Shown here one piece after another: positions 28,631 through 38,215 of a DNA stretch of 59,096 nt. Source of the stretch: Planctomycetota bacterium (GTDB lineage Bacteria > Planctomycetota > B15-G4); NCBI GenBank assembly GCA_036274635.1, contig DASUFI010000185.1, forward strand, positions 1 to 59,096, given 5' to 3'. A program made the translations under genes and the position numbers. The notes beneath the pieces were generated by a model that saw nothing but the letters and a program-made list of their open reading frames with translations, had not been told where the DNA came from and searched no databases. Positions within the stretch are counted from its first letter, which is position 1. Every line of letters starts with the position of its first letter.

Positions 28631-30913
28631 ATGCCAAATCGCAAGCCGCTGCTGCTCCTGATGGCCGCGCTCCTCGCGGGCGTGGCCGGGCTCATCTTCA
28701 TCCTCCTGCAGTCGGGCGCCGGTGGCAATTCGCTGTCGGACTCGAGCGTGCTGCAGGGCGCGCGGACGGCGGCGCCTGACGCGGCCACCGTCCTGCCGGA
28801 GGGTGCGTCCGGCACGGAGCGCGGGCCGCTCGCGCTGGCGGGCACGCCAGGCGCAGCGGACGTGGGCGCGCTGTCGCTTGCCGGCCCGGCGCCGACGCGC
28901 GGCAGCGTGTCGGGGCGTCTCGTGGACGAGGCCGGCGAGGCGGTGGCCGGCGAGCCCGTCTGGCTGTCGCTGCAGGACGACGCGTGGGTGCCCGGCCGCG
29001 ACCCGCCGCGCCTGCCGCAGCTCGCGGCGCGCGGCGTGGCCGGCGACGATGGCAGCTTCGTGCTGCCCGCCTCCGCCGGCGTCGAGTACGACCTGCGCGC
29101 GGGCGGCAAGGCCTGGCCCGCGACGCGCCTGCGCGCGGTGCACGCCGGCGACCAGCTGCTGGTCACGCTGCCGCACGCGACGCAGCTCGACGGCGTGGTC
29201 GTGGACGAGAGGACCGGCGCGCCCGTGGACGGCGGGCGGGTCATGACCGTCACCGACGCGGGCAACCTCGCGACCGACGCGCGCCCCGACGGCAGCTTCC
29301 GCCTGGGGCCGCTGCCGTCGCAGGACGTGCTGGTCGCCGCCTGGGCGCCCGGACACGACGTGAAGCTGGTCGGCAACATCGCGCCCGCGGCCGGCTCGCT
29401 CACGGTCGAGCTGCCGCCGGGCCGCACGCTCTCGGGCGTGCTCGTGGACCGCATCACCGCCAAGCCGCTCGCGCAGGGCCACGTGCAGCTCGTCATGGAC
29501 GTCGAGGCCGCGCGCGCCGGCGGCGACGTCGTGCCGCTCACCCAGCTGGTGCAGGCGCGCGACACGGACATCACGTCCGACGGCAAGTTCAGCTTCGACG
29601 CCGCGCCCACGATGGGCTTCAACCTGCTGTGCACGGCTGACGGCTACCTGCCCGAGCGCTACGACCGCTACGAGGACCGCGCGCTGAACGAGGGCGAGGA
29701 CCTCATCGTGCAGCTCGACCCGGCGGGCGCGGTGACCGGGCACGTGCAGGTGGCGGGCAACTCGCAGGCCGCGCCGGACGTGGACCTGGCCCTGACCTCC
29801 TCGGGCGGCGAGCTGGGCCACGCGCGCTCGGACGCGTCGGGCGACTTCGCGCTGCTGTGCACGGGCGCGTCGCAGGAGGCGCTGCTGGCGCGGCCCGAGT
29901 ACGTGGTGGCGCGCGCCGGCGACCTGGCCGCGCGCGAGCGCGTCGGCCGCGAGCGCGACGGCCTGGTGCTGGAACTCGTGCCGGTGATGAAGCTCTCCGT
30001 GCAGGTGGTGAACTGCGGCACGCCGGTGGCGGGCGCCGACGTGGCCGCGCGCAGCAAGGGCGCCGAGACGACCGAAGGCGTGACCGACGCCGAGGGCCTG
30101 GTGCGCCTGGTGCACGCGCCCGCCGGCCCGGACGTCGACCACGTCGTGCTGCAGGCGCGTCACGCCGACCTCGAGAGCCTGGCACTGGTCCTCGACACGG
30201 CCGCACCGCCCACCGGCACCATCACGCTGGACATCAGCTCGGGCGCGTGGATCGAGGGCGGCGTCGCGGACGGCTCGGGCCAGCCGGTGCCGTCGGCGCG
30301 CGTCAGCGCCCGGCCCGTGGCCCGCGACAGCACCGACCCGCGGCGCTCGGGCTACACCCCGTCCGACGGCCACTTCCGCGTCGGCCCGCTGCCGCCCGGC
30401 GTGGAGTATCGCGTGTCCTTCAGCGCCGAGGGCTTCCTCGACCAGGAGCTGCCCTCGGTCATCCCCGGCGGCGCGCCGCTGCAGGTGACGCTCGCGCCCG
30501 TCGTGCGCTGGAGCGGCCGCGCGCTGGACGCCACCACGGCGCAGCCGCTGCCCGATTTCTGGGGCCAGCTGGTGCAGGAGACGCGCCAGGGCGACGCCGT
30601 GAAGCAGCGCCCCACGAACGCGCGGCTGCACCTCGTGTCCGGCTTGCCGGGCGAGTTCTGGTTCGAGCTGCCGGGCCCCGGCAGCTACCTGCTGCGCCTG
30701 TCCGCGCGCGACTACGTGGGGGCGAACAGCTCGACCTTCGCGTTCGACGGGCTGCGCGCGCCGCCCTTCACGGAGCTGTCGCTGTCCCCGGCGGCCGTGC
30801 TGGAGATCACGGTGCTGGACGGCCGCAGCCGCCCCGTGCCGGGCTACTCGGTGGCCGCCGCGCCGTGGGAGCTGGCGCGCGAGGCCGTCGCCCCCGCCGG
30901 CGATCTGCGCTAG
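28631..30913 (+). CDS. CarboxypepD_reg multi-repeat surface protein, N-terminal 760 aa, ending at an in-frame TAG
   Basis: Signal anchor KPLLLLMAALLAGVAGLIFILL is followed by repeats. The frame continues in the same phase after TAG 30911-30913 (see the next feature and the findings). Confidence 0.75.
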   Translation: MPNRKPLLLLMAALLAGVAGLIFILLQSGAGGNSLSDSSVLQGARTAAPDAATVLPEGASGTERGPLALAGTPGAADVGALSLAGPAPTRGSVSGRLVDEAGEAVAGEPVWLSLQDDAWVPGRDPPRLPQLAARGVAGDDGSFVLPASAGVEYDLRAGGKAWPATRLRAVHAGDQLLVTLPHATQLDGVVVDERTGAPVDGGRVMTVTDAGNLATDARPDGSFRLGPLPSQDVLVAAWAPGHDVKLVGNIAPAAGSLTVELPPGRTLSGVLVDRITAKPLAQGHVQLVMDVEAARAGGDVVPLTQLVQARDTDITSDGKFSFDAAPTMGFNLLCTADGYLPERYDRYEDRALNEGEDLIVQLDPAGAVTGHVQVAGNSQAAPDVDLALTSSGGELGHARSDASGDFALLCTGASQEALLARPEYVVARAGDLAARERVGRERDGLVLELVPVMKLSVQVVNCGTPVAGADVAARSKGAETTEGVTDAEGLVRLVHAPAGPDVDHVVLQARHADLESLALVLDTAAPPTGTITLDISSGAWIEGGVADGSGQPVPSARVSARPVARDSTDPRRSGYTPSDGHFRVGPLPPGVEYRVSFSAEGFLDQELPSVIPGGAPLQVTLAPVVRWSGRALDATTAQPLPDFWGQLVQETRQGDAVKQRPTNARLHLVSGLPGEFWFELPGPGSYLLRLSARDYVGANSSTFAFDGLRAPPFTELSLSPAAVLEITVLDGRSRPVPGYSVAAAPWELAREAVAPAGDLR

Positions 30914-30949
30914 AAGTCCGCCTCCGGCCGCACCGACGAGACCGGCCTC

Positions 30950-31432
30950 GTGCGCCTCAACCTCGGCGCCGGCGGCACCTACCGCCTCGCGGGCGGCCCG
31001 GGCTTGTGGTTCGACGACGCGCCCGTCACGGTCAGCCCCGGCCTGCCCGTCGCGCGCGTCTGCCGCCTGCCGCCCACCGGCGACCTCGAGGTGACCGTGC
31101 TCGACGAGCATGGCACTCCGCTCCCCGGCGCCATCGTCGAGGTGCGCACGAACAAGAACGAAAAGGTGCACATGGTCTCGCGCCGCGCGCGCACGGGCCT
31201 GGATGACGGCATGGTGCGGGTGGAGGTGCTGCCGCCGGCGGCCTACGATGTCTCCGCGCGACGCCGCGGCTACGAGACTGGCCGCGCGACGGTGACCGTG
31301 CGCGGCAACGCCGTCGAGCGCGTGACGCTGACCCTGCAGCCGCGTCCGCCCGATGCGACCGGCGGAGGCGGTCCGGGCGGCGCGGAGGTCAAGCAGGCGC
31401 TCAAGAGCCTCGGCTACGTCGGGGGCCACTGA
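30950..31432 (+). CDS. C-terminal continuation of the CarboxypepD_reg protein (same frame as 28631..30913)
   Basis: It is in the same reading frame. The codons between the TAG and 30950 read KSASGRTDETGL, which completes the repeat interrupted by the stop. There is no independent RBS or signal peptide. It ends ...KQALKSLGYVGGH. Confidence 0.6.
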   Translation: MRLNLGAGGTYRLAGGPGLWFDDAPVTVSPGLPVARVCRLPPTGDLEVTVLDEHGTPLPGAIVEVRTNKNEKVHMVSRRARTGLDDGMVRVEVLPPAAYDVSARRRGYETGRATVTVRGNAVERVTLTLQPRPPDATGGGGPGGAEVKQALKSLGYVGGH

Positions 31433-31614
31433 CCGCTCGTCCGCGCCGCGCGATCGGCTGCGCGGGCCGGGCCCGTTTGGCCAGTCGCCCGAGGCACAGT
31501 TCGCCGCGCCGCGGTAGGACATCGAGGCACGTCTTCGACGGGCGCCTCGCCCCGCGCAACGGCGCTACCATGCGGGCCGGCCGCGCTCACGCGGCGCGGC
31601 CGTGGAGGAACGCC

Positions 31615-33258
31615 ATGAACCTCCTCGCGGGGCGCGCGCTGCTCGTGGCGCTGCTGGCGGCGGGCGCCGCGGCGCAGACGCCGGTCTTCACGGTGGACGG
31701 CGACGCCGACGGTGACCGCAGCGGCGGCGAAGTCGCCGGCGCGGGCGACATCGACCTCGACGGCTTCTCCGACCTGCTGGCCGGCGCGCACTGGAACGAC
31801 TTCAACGCCGTGCACTGCGGCCAGATCAAGTGCTGCTCGGGCCGCGACGGCTCGCTGCTGTACGTCTTCTACGGCGACGGCCTCTCCGATCGGCTCGGCG
31901 TCTCGTGCAACAGCGGCGGCGACGTCGACGGGGACGGCCTTCTCGACGTGCTGGGCGGCGCCTACCAGGGCGACAGCGGCGCCGGCTACGTGCGCGCCTA
32001 CTCGGGCGCCACCGGCGCGATCCTGCACACCTGGCTCGGAACCGAGTTCATCGGGCAGTTCGGGGTCTCGGTGTGCGGGCCGGGCGACCTCGACGGCGAC
32101 GGGCGCGGCGAGATCGTGGTGGGCGCGCGCCGCATGGACAGCAGCGGCGGCCTGGACGCCGGCCGCACCTTCGTGTACCGCGGCGGCACGTGGGGCGTGC
32201 TCTACGTGTGGGACGGCGACTCGCCGCACGACGAGTTCGGCCACGACACCGCCGACGCGGGCGACCTCGACGGCGACGGCGCCGAAGAGATCGCCGTCGC
32301 GGCCTGGCTGGACGACCTCGGCGGCACGGACGCCGGCAGCGTGCGCCTGCTTGCGGGCGCCACGGGCGTCGCGGTCCGCACGCTGGTCGGCGAGGCGCCG
32401 GGCGACGCCTTCGGCTGGTCGGTGGCCGGTTGCGGCGACCTCGACGGCGACGGCGTGCCCGACCAGGTCGTCGGCGCGCCGCAGGCCGACCCGGCGGGCG
32501 ATCTCTCCGGCCGCGCCTACGTCGTCTCGGGCGCGAACGGGGCCTTCCTCTTCACCTTCGACGGCCTCGCGCCGGCCGACGCCTTCGGCTACAGCGTCGC
32601 GGGCGCGGGCGACGTGGACGTCGACGGCGTGCCCGACCTCGTCGTGGGCGCCTACCGCTCCGACCCGGCCGGCCCGGGCAGCGGCAGCGCACGCCTGCTC
32701 TCGGGCGCCGACGGGCACGAGCTCGCGACCCTGGCTGGCGCCGCGCCCGGCGACCAGTTCGGCAAGGGCGTGGACGGCGCGGGCGACAGCAACGGCGACG
32801 GCGTGGACGACGTGCTCGTCGGCGCCTGGTCGGACGACACGCCGAACGGCGTGGACAGCGGCTCGTTCACGCTGTTCCGCTACCCGGTGCCTGCCTTCGA
32901 GGACCTGGGCTTCGGCCTCGCGGGCGGAGCCGGCGTGCCGCAGCTCGCGGCCAGCGGCACGCTGCAGGCCGGCGATCCGGTGAGCGTGACGCTCACGGGC
33001 GCGGCGCCCTTGGCGCCCGTGACTCTCGTCGTCGGCACGTCCATCGTGCTGCTGCCTCTCAAGGGCGGGACGCTGGTCCCCGCGCCCGCCGCGCTGCTGT
33101 CCGGGCTGGTGACGGACACGGCCGGCACGCTGGCGCTGGGCGGCGCGACGCCGCCCCTCCCCTCGGGGACGCTGCTCGTGCTGCAGGCCTGGATCGTCGA
33201 CGCGGGCGGGCCGGCGGGCTTGGCCGCCAGCAACGGCGTGGCGCACGCCGTTCCCTAG
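31615..33258 (+). CDS. FG-GAP (integrin-alpha-like) repeat secreted protein with a distinct C-terminal module
   Basis: ATG at 31615 follows GGAGGAA. A signal peptide is present. There are seven or more repeats of the form FG.S(V)AGAGDxDGDGxxDLxVGA. Confidence 0.85.
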   Translation: MNLLAGRALLVALLAAGAAAQTPVFTVDGDADGDRSGGEVAGAGDIDLDGFSDLLAGAHWNDFNAVHCGQIKCCSGRDGSLLYVFYGDGLSDRLGVSCNSGGDVDGDGLLDVLGGAYQGDSGAGYVRAYSGATGAILHTWLGTEFIGQFGVSVCGPGDLDGDGRGEIVVGARRMDSSGGLDAGRTFVYRGGTWGVLYVWDGDSPHDEFGHDTADAGDLDGDGAEEIAVAAWLDDLGGTDAGSVRLLAGATGVAVRTLVGEAPGDAFGWSVAGCGDLDGDGVPDQVVGAPQADPAGDLSGRAYVVSGANGAFLFTFDGLAPADAFGYSVAGAGDVDVDGVPDLVVGAYRSDPAGPGSGSARLLSGADGHELATLAGAAPGDQFGKGVDGAGDSNGDGVDDVLVGAWSDDTPNGVDSGSFTLFRYPVPAFEDLGFGLAGGAGVPQLAASGTLQAGDPVSVTLTGAAPLAPVTLVVGTSIVLLPLKGGTLVPAPAALLSGLVTDTAGTLALGGATPPLPSGTLLVLQAWIVDAGGPAGLAASNGVAHAVP

Positions 33259-33293
33259 CAGCCGGTCGAAGAAGTCATTCGACGGGCTGCTGG

Positions 33294-34448
33294 CTACGGC
33301 CCGACGGTCTTGAAGTCGTTCGTCTCGTCGACGTCGTTGTCGGCGGGCACGGGATTGTTCAGGTCGAAGCCCTTGCTGCCCTTGGCCTTGTTCTCGGACA
33401 GCGTGTTGCCGGTGGCGCCCGTGAGGTCGAAGCCGTTGCCCTGCGCGCTGGTGGACGAGTTGCCGGTGTAGCTGCCGTCGTCGGCGTCGATCTTGTAGCC
33501 GTTGCCGCCGGCGCCGGAGACCTTGTTGCCGGAGAGGGTGGCGGTGTCGCCCTGCTGCCAGACGCCGTTGCCGCCGGGCTTGCTGATCTTGCTGTCGGTG
33601 AGGAAGGCCGCCTCGCCGGTGCACAGCAGGCCATTGCCGCCGGGCTTGGTGAACTTGCTCGTCTCGATGCGGGTGTCGGTGCCGCCGTTGACCTCGACGG
33701 CGTTGCCGCCGGCCCCCGTGATCTTCAGGTTCTTCAGCCGATTGCCGTCGCCCGTCACGACGACGCCCGCGCCCAGCGGCTTGACGGCCTTGGAGTTCTG
33801 GATGTGGTTGCCGGTGCCGAGCGTCGTGTTGTCGATCGCGTAGCCGTCGCCGTTGGCCTTCACGGTCTTGCAGCCGTCGACGAGGTTGCTGTTGCCGTTC
33901 AGCTCGACGCCGTCGTCGCCGGGCTCGAGGAGCTTGCAGTCCACGACCAGGTTGGCGTCGGTGAAGTCGGGGCTGCCGGCCGCCAGCGAGACCGCGTCCG
34001 AGCCGGCGTGCTTGATGGTGCACGTGAGGAGCTGGTTGCCGAGGCCGCCCTCGATGCGGATGCCGTCGCCGACCGTGTCGTCCACGCGGCACTTGAAGAA
34101 GACGTTGTCGCTGCTGTCCACGAGCTTGATGCCGTTGTCGCCGCCCAGCAGGCGCAGCTTCTCGGTGTAGCAGGACGTCGCGCCGTCGAGCGTGAGGCCC
34201 ACGCCCGCGGCCGGCGCGATGACCACCTTGCCCTTGCAGGTGATGCTGAGGAAGCTCAGCTTCGCGATCACCACGTTCTCGGCGTAGCTGCCCGCGCTGA
34301 TGACGATCTGGTCGCTGTCGCTGGAGGCATCCACCGCCCCCTGGATGGTGGGGAAGTCCTGCGGCACCTTGCGCACGACCTGCGCGGCGGAACCGGCGGC
34401 GAGAACGACGAGGGCCAGCGGGACGAGGGACGTGCGGATGCGCAGCAT
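33294..34448 (-). CDS. Right-handed parallel beta-helix repeat protein (paralog A)
   Basis: Signal peptide, then VPQDFPTIQGAVDASSDSDQIVISAGSYAENVVI, followed by about 22-aa coils (N..v..c.i...g.dGi). Confidence 0.75.
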   Translation of the reverse strand: MLRIRTSLVPLALVVLAAGSAAQVVRKVPQDFPTIQGAVDASSDSDQIVISAGSYAENVVIAKLSFLSITCKGKVVIAPAAGVGLTLDGATSCYTEKLRLLGGDNGIKLVDSSDNVFFKCRVDDTVGDGIRIEGGLGNQLLTCTIKHAGSDAVSLAAGSPDFTDANLVVDCKLLEPGDDGVELNGNSNLVDGCKTVKANGDGYAIDNTTLGTGNHIQNSKAVKPLGAGVVVTGDGNRLKNLKITGAGGNAVEVNGGTDTRIETSKFTKPGGNGLLCTGEAAFLTDSKISKPGGNGVWQQGDTATLSGNKVSGAGGNGYKIDADDGSYTGNSSTSAQGNGFDLTGATGNTLSENKAKGSKGFDLNNPVPADNDVDETNDFKTVGP

Positions 34449-34528
34449 GGTGGACTCCGGACCGCGACGGGGCTCGCGGGCCGCGCGGCAAGAAACACTC
34501 TAGCGATTGTCGGGCACCGGGGCTGGCC

Positions 34529-35695
34529 TCAGGGGCCGGTCTTCCCGAACGAGTTCGTGCCGTTGTCCCAGTCGTTGAGGCCCTCGCCGATGATGTCGTC
34601 GAGGTCGAAGCTCTTGTTGCCGTGGGCCTTGTTGCCCGTCAGCGTGTTGCCCTCGCCCTCGGACAGCACGAAGCCATCGTCCTTGCTGCCGTTGGCGATG
34701 TTGTTGGTGTAGCTACCGTTCAGGCCGTCGATCTCGAAGCCGTCGTCGAGGGCGCCGGTGACCCTGTTGCCGTCGACCACCGCGTCGTCACCGTCCATCT
34801 CCACGCCGTCGTCGCCCGGCTTGGGGATCTTGCAGCCGGTCACGTTGACCTGGCCGCAGCCCGGCTCGGAGCGGATCCCGTCCTCGGCGGGCTTGGGCAC
34901 CTTGCAGTCCTCGACCGTGTTGAACGAGCCCTGCAGGACGTGCACGCCCCGGTCGCCAGCGCCGATGAGCCTGCAGGCGCGCACGGCGTTGTTGTCGCCG
35001 GTGATGACCACGCCCGACCCGCCGGGCTTGATGACCTTGCTGTTCGTGAGCTCGTTGTCGTGGCCGTTCGTGATGTCGTCCACGGTGAAGCCGCTGCCCA
35101 GCGGCTTGAGGATCGTGCACTTGTCGAAGGTGTTGTCATTCCCCTCGACGTCGATGGCGTCCACCTGGGCCGCGATGAGCTTGCACTTGGTGACGAGGTT
35201 GTCGTGCGTGAAGGAGCCGGCCGACTGCGTGAAGGAGATGGCGTCGTTGCCGGCGTTCTTGACGGTGCACTTGTCGAAGCTGCAGTCGCCGCCGCCCTCG
35301 ACGCGGATGCCGTCGGTGGCCGAGTCGTCCACGCGGCACTTGGAGAAGCCGCAGTCCGTCGTGTCCACCAGCAGGATGCCGTAGGGCTGGCCGCCCGCCA
35401 CGCGGATCTTCTCCACGTTGCAGTTGTTGCAGCCGTCCAGCGTGAGGCCGGTGTTGCCGCTGGGCGGGTCGATGACCACCTTGCCCTTGCCCTGGATGAC
35501 CAGGTTGCTCTTGGCGTTGACGACGACCGCTTCCTGGTAGGTGCCGGCGCCGATGATGATGATGTCGTTGGCGCCGGCGACGTCCACCGCCTCCTGGATG
35601 GTGGGGTGCTCCTGCGGCACCAGGTGAATCGTCTGGGCCGCGGCGCCCGCCGTGAGGCAGGCAAGCGAAAGCAAGGACAGCGACGCGTGCTTCAT
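34529..35695 (-). CDS. Right-handed parallel beta-helix repeat protein (paralog B)
   Basis: Internal ATG at 35695: MKHASLSLLSLACLTAGAAAQTIHLVPQEHPTIQEAVDVAGANDIIIIGAGTYQEAVVV. It is colinear with paralog A and shares the C-terminal ending ...N(D/S)F(K/G)KTGP. Confidence 0.75.
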   Translation of the reverse strand: MKHASLSLLSLACLTAGAAAQTIHLVPQEHPTIQEAVDVAGANDIIIIGAGTYQEAVVVNAKSNLVIQGKGKVVIDPPSGNTGLTLDGCNNCNVEKIRVAGGQPYGILLVDTTDCGFSKCRVDDSATDGIRVEGGGDCSFDKCTVKNAGNDAISFTQSAGSFTHDNLVTKCKLIAAQVDAIDVEGNDNTFDKCTILKPLGSGFTVDDITNGHDNELTNSKVIKPGGSGVVITGDNNAVRACRLIGAGDRGVHVLQGSFNTVEDCKVPKPAEDGIRSEPGCGQVNVTGCKIPKPGDDGVEMDGDDAVVDGNRVTGALDDGFEIDGLNGSYTNNIANGSKDDGFVLSEGEGNTLTGNKAHGNKSFDLDDIIGEGLNDWDNGTNSFGKTGP

Positions 35696-35778
35696 GGGAA
35701 CCTCCCGCGCCGGCGTCCGGCGACGGACCGCACGACGCGGGAGCCACGATGGCGAAACCCGGACGCGCTGCGTCCGCT

Positions 35779-36318
35779 CTACTTCGACGCCGAGGCCCGC
35801 TTCCTGTAGGTCGACTTCACGATGGGCGCGGCGTCCGGCGCCGCGTCCTTGGCGACCATCGTGAACAGCCGCGAGCCATCGGGCTGGAGGGCCGTGGTCA
35901 GCACCATCGCTCTGTCTCCGGCGCCCATGTCGATGGTCTCCTCGACCGTGACGGTCTTCCCGTCCGCGCTCCAGTGACCCTCGGTGACGCTGATGCTCGG
36001 GTCCGTGTTGTCGGCCCAGATGGACAGCCACTTGCCCTGCGAGGGGTCGTAGCCCATGAGGCCGTGGCCCTCGAACTCCGCGCCCGGGCCCATGGGCGCG
36101 CGGTAGTCGGTCACGATGCACAGGCCATGGGTCAGCAGCGTGTTGGTCTCGACGCCCTTGGACGGCATGCCCATGAACGAGCCGTCGACGTCCCAGGTTC
36201 CGACGAAGCCCTCGAGCAGCTCCTTGGCGCGGGCGACCTCGTCGGTGGCGGGGCGGGGCGGGACGGCCGCGACGAGCAGGGCGAGCGCGGCGAGCGGGGC
36301 GAGGCGGATGAGGCGCAT
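35779..36318 (-). CDS. DUF1579-like secreted protein
   Basis: ATG at 36318. Signal peptide, then LLEGFVGTWDVDGSFMGMP...FEGHGLMGYDPSQGKWLSIWADN. Confidence 0.65.
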   Translation of the reverse strand: MRLIRLAPLAALALLVAAVPPRPATDEVARAKELLEGFVGTWDVDGSFMGMPSKGVETNTLLTHGLCIVTDYRAPMGPGAEFEGHGLMGYDPSQGKWLSIWADNTDPSISVTEGHWSADGKTVTVEETIDMGAGDRAMVLTTALQPDGSRLFTMVAKDAAPDAAPIVKSTYRKRASASK

Positions 36319-36421
36319 GACGGGCTCCGGGAGGGTGGGGCGCGACGCCGCGCCGGCTGCCTTGATGCCGGGCGCGCGCGGGATCCTTCGCGCGCACTCG
36401 AAGCACTTCTTCGACGGGCTC

Positions 36422-38215
36422 CTAACCGCCGGCGCGGATGACGAGTCGCCCCTCGCCCTGCCCCTCGCCCAGCTCGCGCCGCGTCGTGCTGCCGTCGGAC
36501 CAGCGCACCTCCACCGCCACCGCCCGCCGTGCGCCCAGGCCGAAGCGCACGCCGCGCTGGTGGCCGGAGAGGTAGCTGCCGTCACGGTGGACGAAGGCCA
36601 CGCGCCGGCTCCCGTCGTCCAGGGTCACGGTGACGCACGCGCCCACGGCCTCCCGTGGCACGGCGACGCCGTCACCCTCCGGCACCACGGCCAGCGCGCG
36701 TCCGCCGCGCTCGTTGCGCAGCAGCACGAGCGGTCCGTTGTTGGCGCTCAGCGCGAGGTCCAGGTCGCCGTCGGCGTCGTAGTCACAGGCGGCGAGGCCG
36801 CGCCCGGCCAGCTTGCGCGCGAAGTGCATGCCGGCGCGTGCCGGGGCCAGCAGCTCGAAGTGCGGCACGTCGCGGTGCGTCACGAGCGCGCCCGGCGGGG
36901 TGACGTTCTCGAACAGCTGCGCGACCTGCCCGACGCACTCCATCGTGGTCTCGTAGTCGGGGCTGGTGTAGCCATTGCTGATGCACAGGTCGTCGTCGCC
37001 ATCGTCGTCGAGGTCGGCCAGGGCGCAGCCCCAGCCCACGTAGCCCACGGTGGCCGGCCCGATGCCGGCGGCGATGGCGATGTCCTCGTAGCGCGGCATG
37101 AAGCGGCGCTGGCTGGGCAGGTGGTGCGCGTTGTTGCGGTACAGCGCGTCCGGCTCCACCTGCCAGTAGGTCACGACGATGTCCTCGTCGCCGTCGTCGT
37201 CCACGTCCGCGCACTGCACGCCCATGCCGCCGCGCGGGTCGTCGAGGCCCACCTGGAGCGCCACGTCCTCGAAGCCGCCGCGCCCGGCGCGTGAATCCGG
37301 CGGCGCGCCGTCCGTGGGCCAGTTGCCCAGGTTGCGCCAGAGCTGGTTGGGCGTGGTGTCGTCGGCCACGTAGGCGTCGGGCCAGCCGTCCTCGTCGTGG
37401 TCGAAGAAGACCACGCCCAGGCCCTTGCCCTGCTCGCCCGCGAGGCCCGCGCCGGCCGACACGTCGGTGAAGCGCGCGCCGTCCTCGTTGCGGTACAGAA
37501 CGTCGGCCTGCGCGGGAAAGACGTAGGGCAGCATCGCGATGGGGTCCTCGCGCCGCTCCACCGGCCGCCCGCTCTCGGGCGGGATGGCCGCGAGATCGAA
37601 CTGCAGGTAGTTGGTCACGAACAGGTCGAGGTCGCCGTCGCGGTCCACGTCGGCCCAGCCCACGGACGCCGACCACAGGCCGCAGCGCGTGCCAGCCTGC
37701 TCGGTCACGTCCGTGAAGTGGCCCGCGTCGTTGCGCCACATCGTGTTGCCGCCGTCGCGCGTGACGTAGAGGTCCTCGTCGCCGTCGTCGTCCCAGTCCG
37801 CGAAGCTCGCGCCCATGCCCGCGCCGCGCGGGCCGAAGAGGCCGCGCGCCGCGGCTTCGTTCGAGAAGGTGACCGCGCCGTCCGCGCCGCGGCCGCGCGA
37901 GACGAAGAGCGCGCCGTCCTGCCCGCTGCCGCCGACGACGTACAGGTCCTGCCAGCCGTCGCCCTGCACGTCGGACCACGCCAGGCCCGGGCCCATGGTG
38001 GGGCGGATGTCCCACTGCTCGGCGCCCTCGACGTGCATGAAGGCGAGGCCGGCGTCGGCGCTGACGTCGCTGAACCACGCAGGGCCGGCGTCGGCGACGA
38101 GCGCGTGCGCGGGGCCGTCGACCGGCTCCGCCGACGCCTTGGCCACGCCCGACGAGCCATCGCAGCCCGCCAGCGCGGCCGCGAGACCTGCGGCACAGGC
38201 GCCAAGCGCTCTCAC
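36422..38215 (-). CDS. CRTAC1-family lipoprotein (FG-GAP/VCBS repeats plus ASPIC/UnbV C-terminal domain)
   Basis: GTG at 38215 overlaps the upstream TAG by 1 nt. The lipobox is LAAALAGC. Motifs WSDVQGDGWQDLYV, FADWDDDGDEDLYV, WADVDRDGDLDLFV and LYRN are present. The C-terminus ...YLSGHQRGVRFGLG...VEVRWSDG is UnbV-like. Confidence 0.8.
   Translation of the reverse strand: MRALGACAAGLAAALAGCDGSSGVAKASAEPVDGPAHALVADAGPAWFSDVSADAGLAFMHVEGAEQWDIRPTMGPGLAWSDVQGDGWQDLYVVGGSGQDGALFVSRGRGADGAVTFSNEAAARGLFGPRGAGMGASFADWDDDGDEDLYVTRDGGNTMWRNDAGHFTDVTEQAGTRCGLWSASVGWADVDRDGDLDLFVTNYLQFDLAAIPPESGRPVERREDPIAMLPYVFPAQADVLYRNEDGARFTDVSAGAGLAGEQGKGLGVVFFDHDEDGWPDAYVADDTTPNQLWRNLGNWPTDGAPPDSRAGRGGFEDVALQVGLDDPRGGMGVQCADVDDDGDEDIVVTYWQVEPDALYRNNAHHLPSQRRFMPRYEDIAIAAGIGPATVGYVGWGCALADLDDDGDDDLCISNGYTSPDYETTMECVGQVAQLFENVTPPGALVTHRDVPHFELLAPARAGMHFARKLAGRGLAACDYDADGDLDLALSANNGPLVLLRNERGGRALAVVPEGDGVAVPREAVGACVTVTLDDGSRRVAFVHRDGSYLSGHQRGVRFGLGARRAVAVEVRWSDGSTTRRELGEGQGEGRLVIRAGG

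Noticed and set aside
25399-34712. Very long ORFs 25399..28779(+), 28487..31522(-), 31414..34491(-) and 31830..34712(+)
   Set aside because: They are antisense or off-frame to the repeat-protein genes. GC-rich repeat genes lack stop codons in several frames. The translations are Arg/His/Ala/Gly runs without domain-like periodicity.
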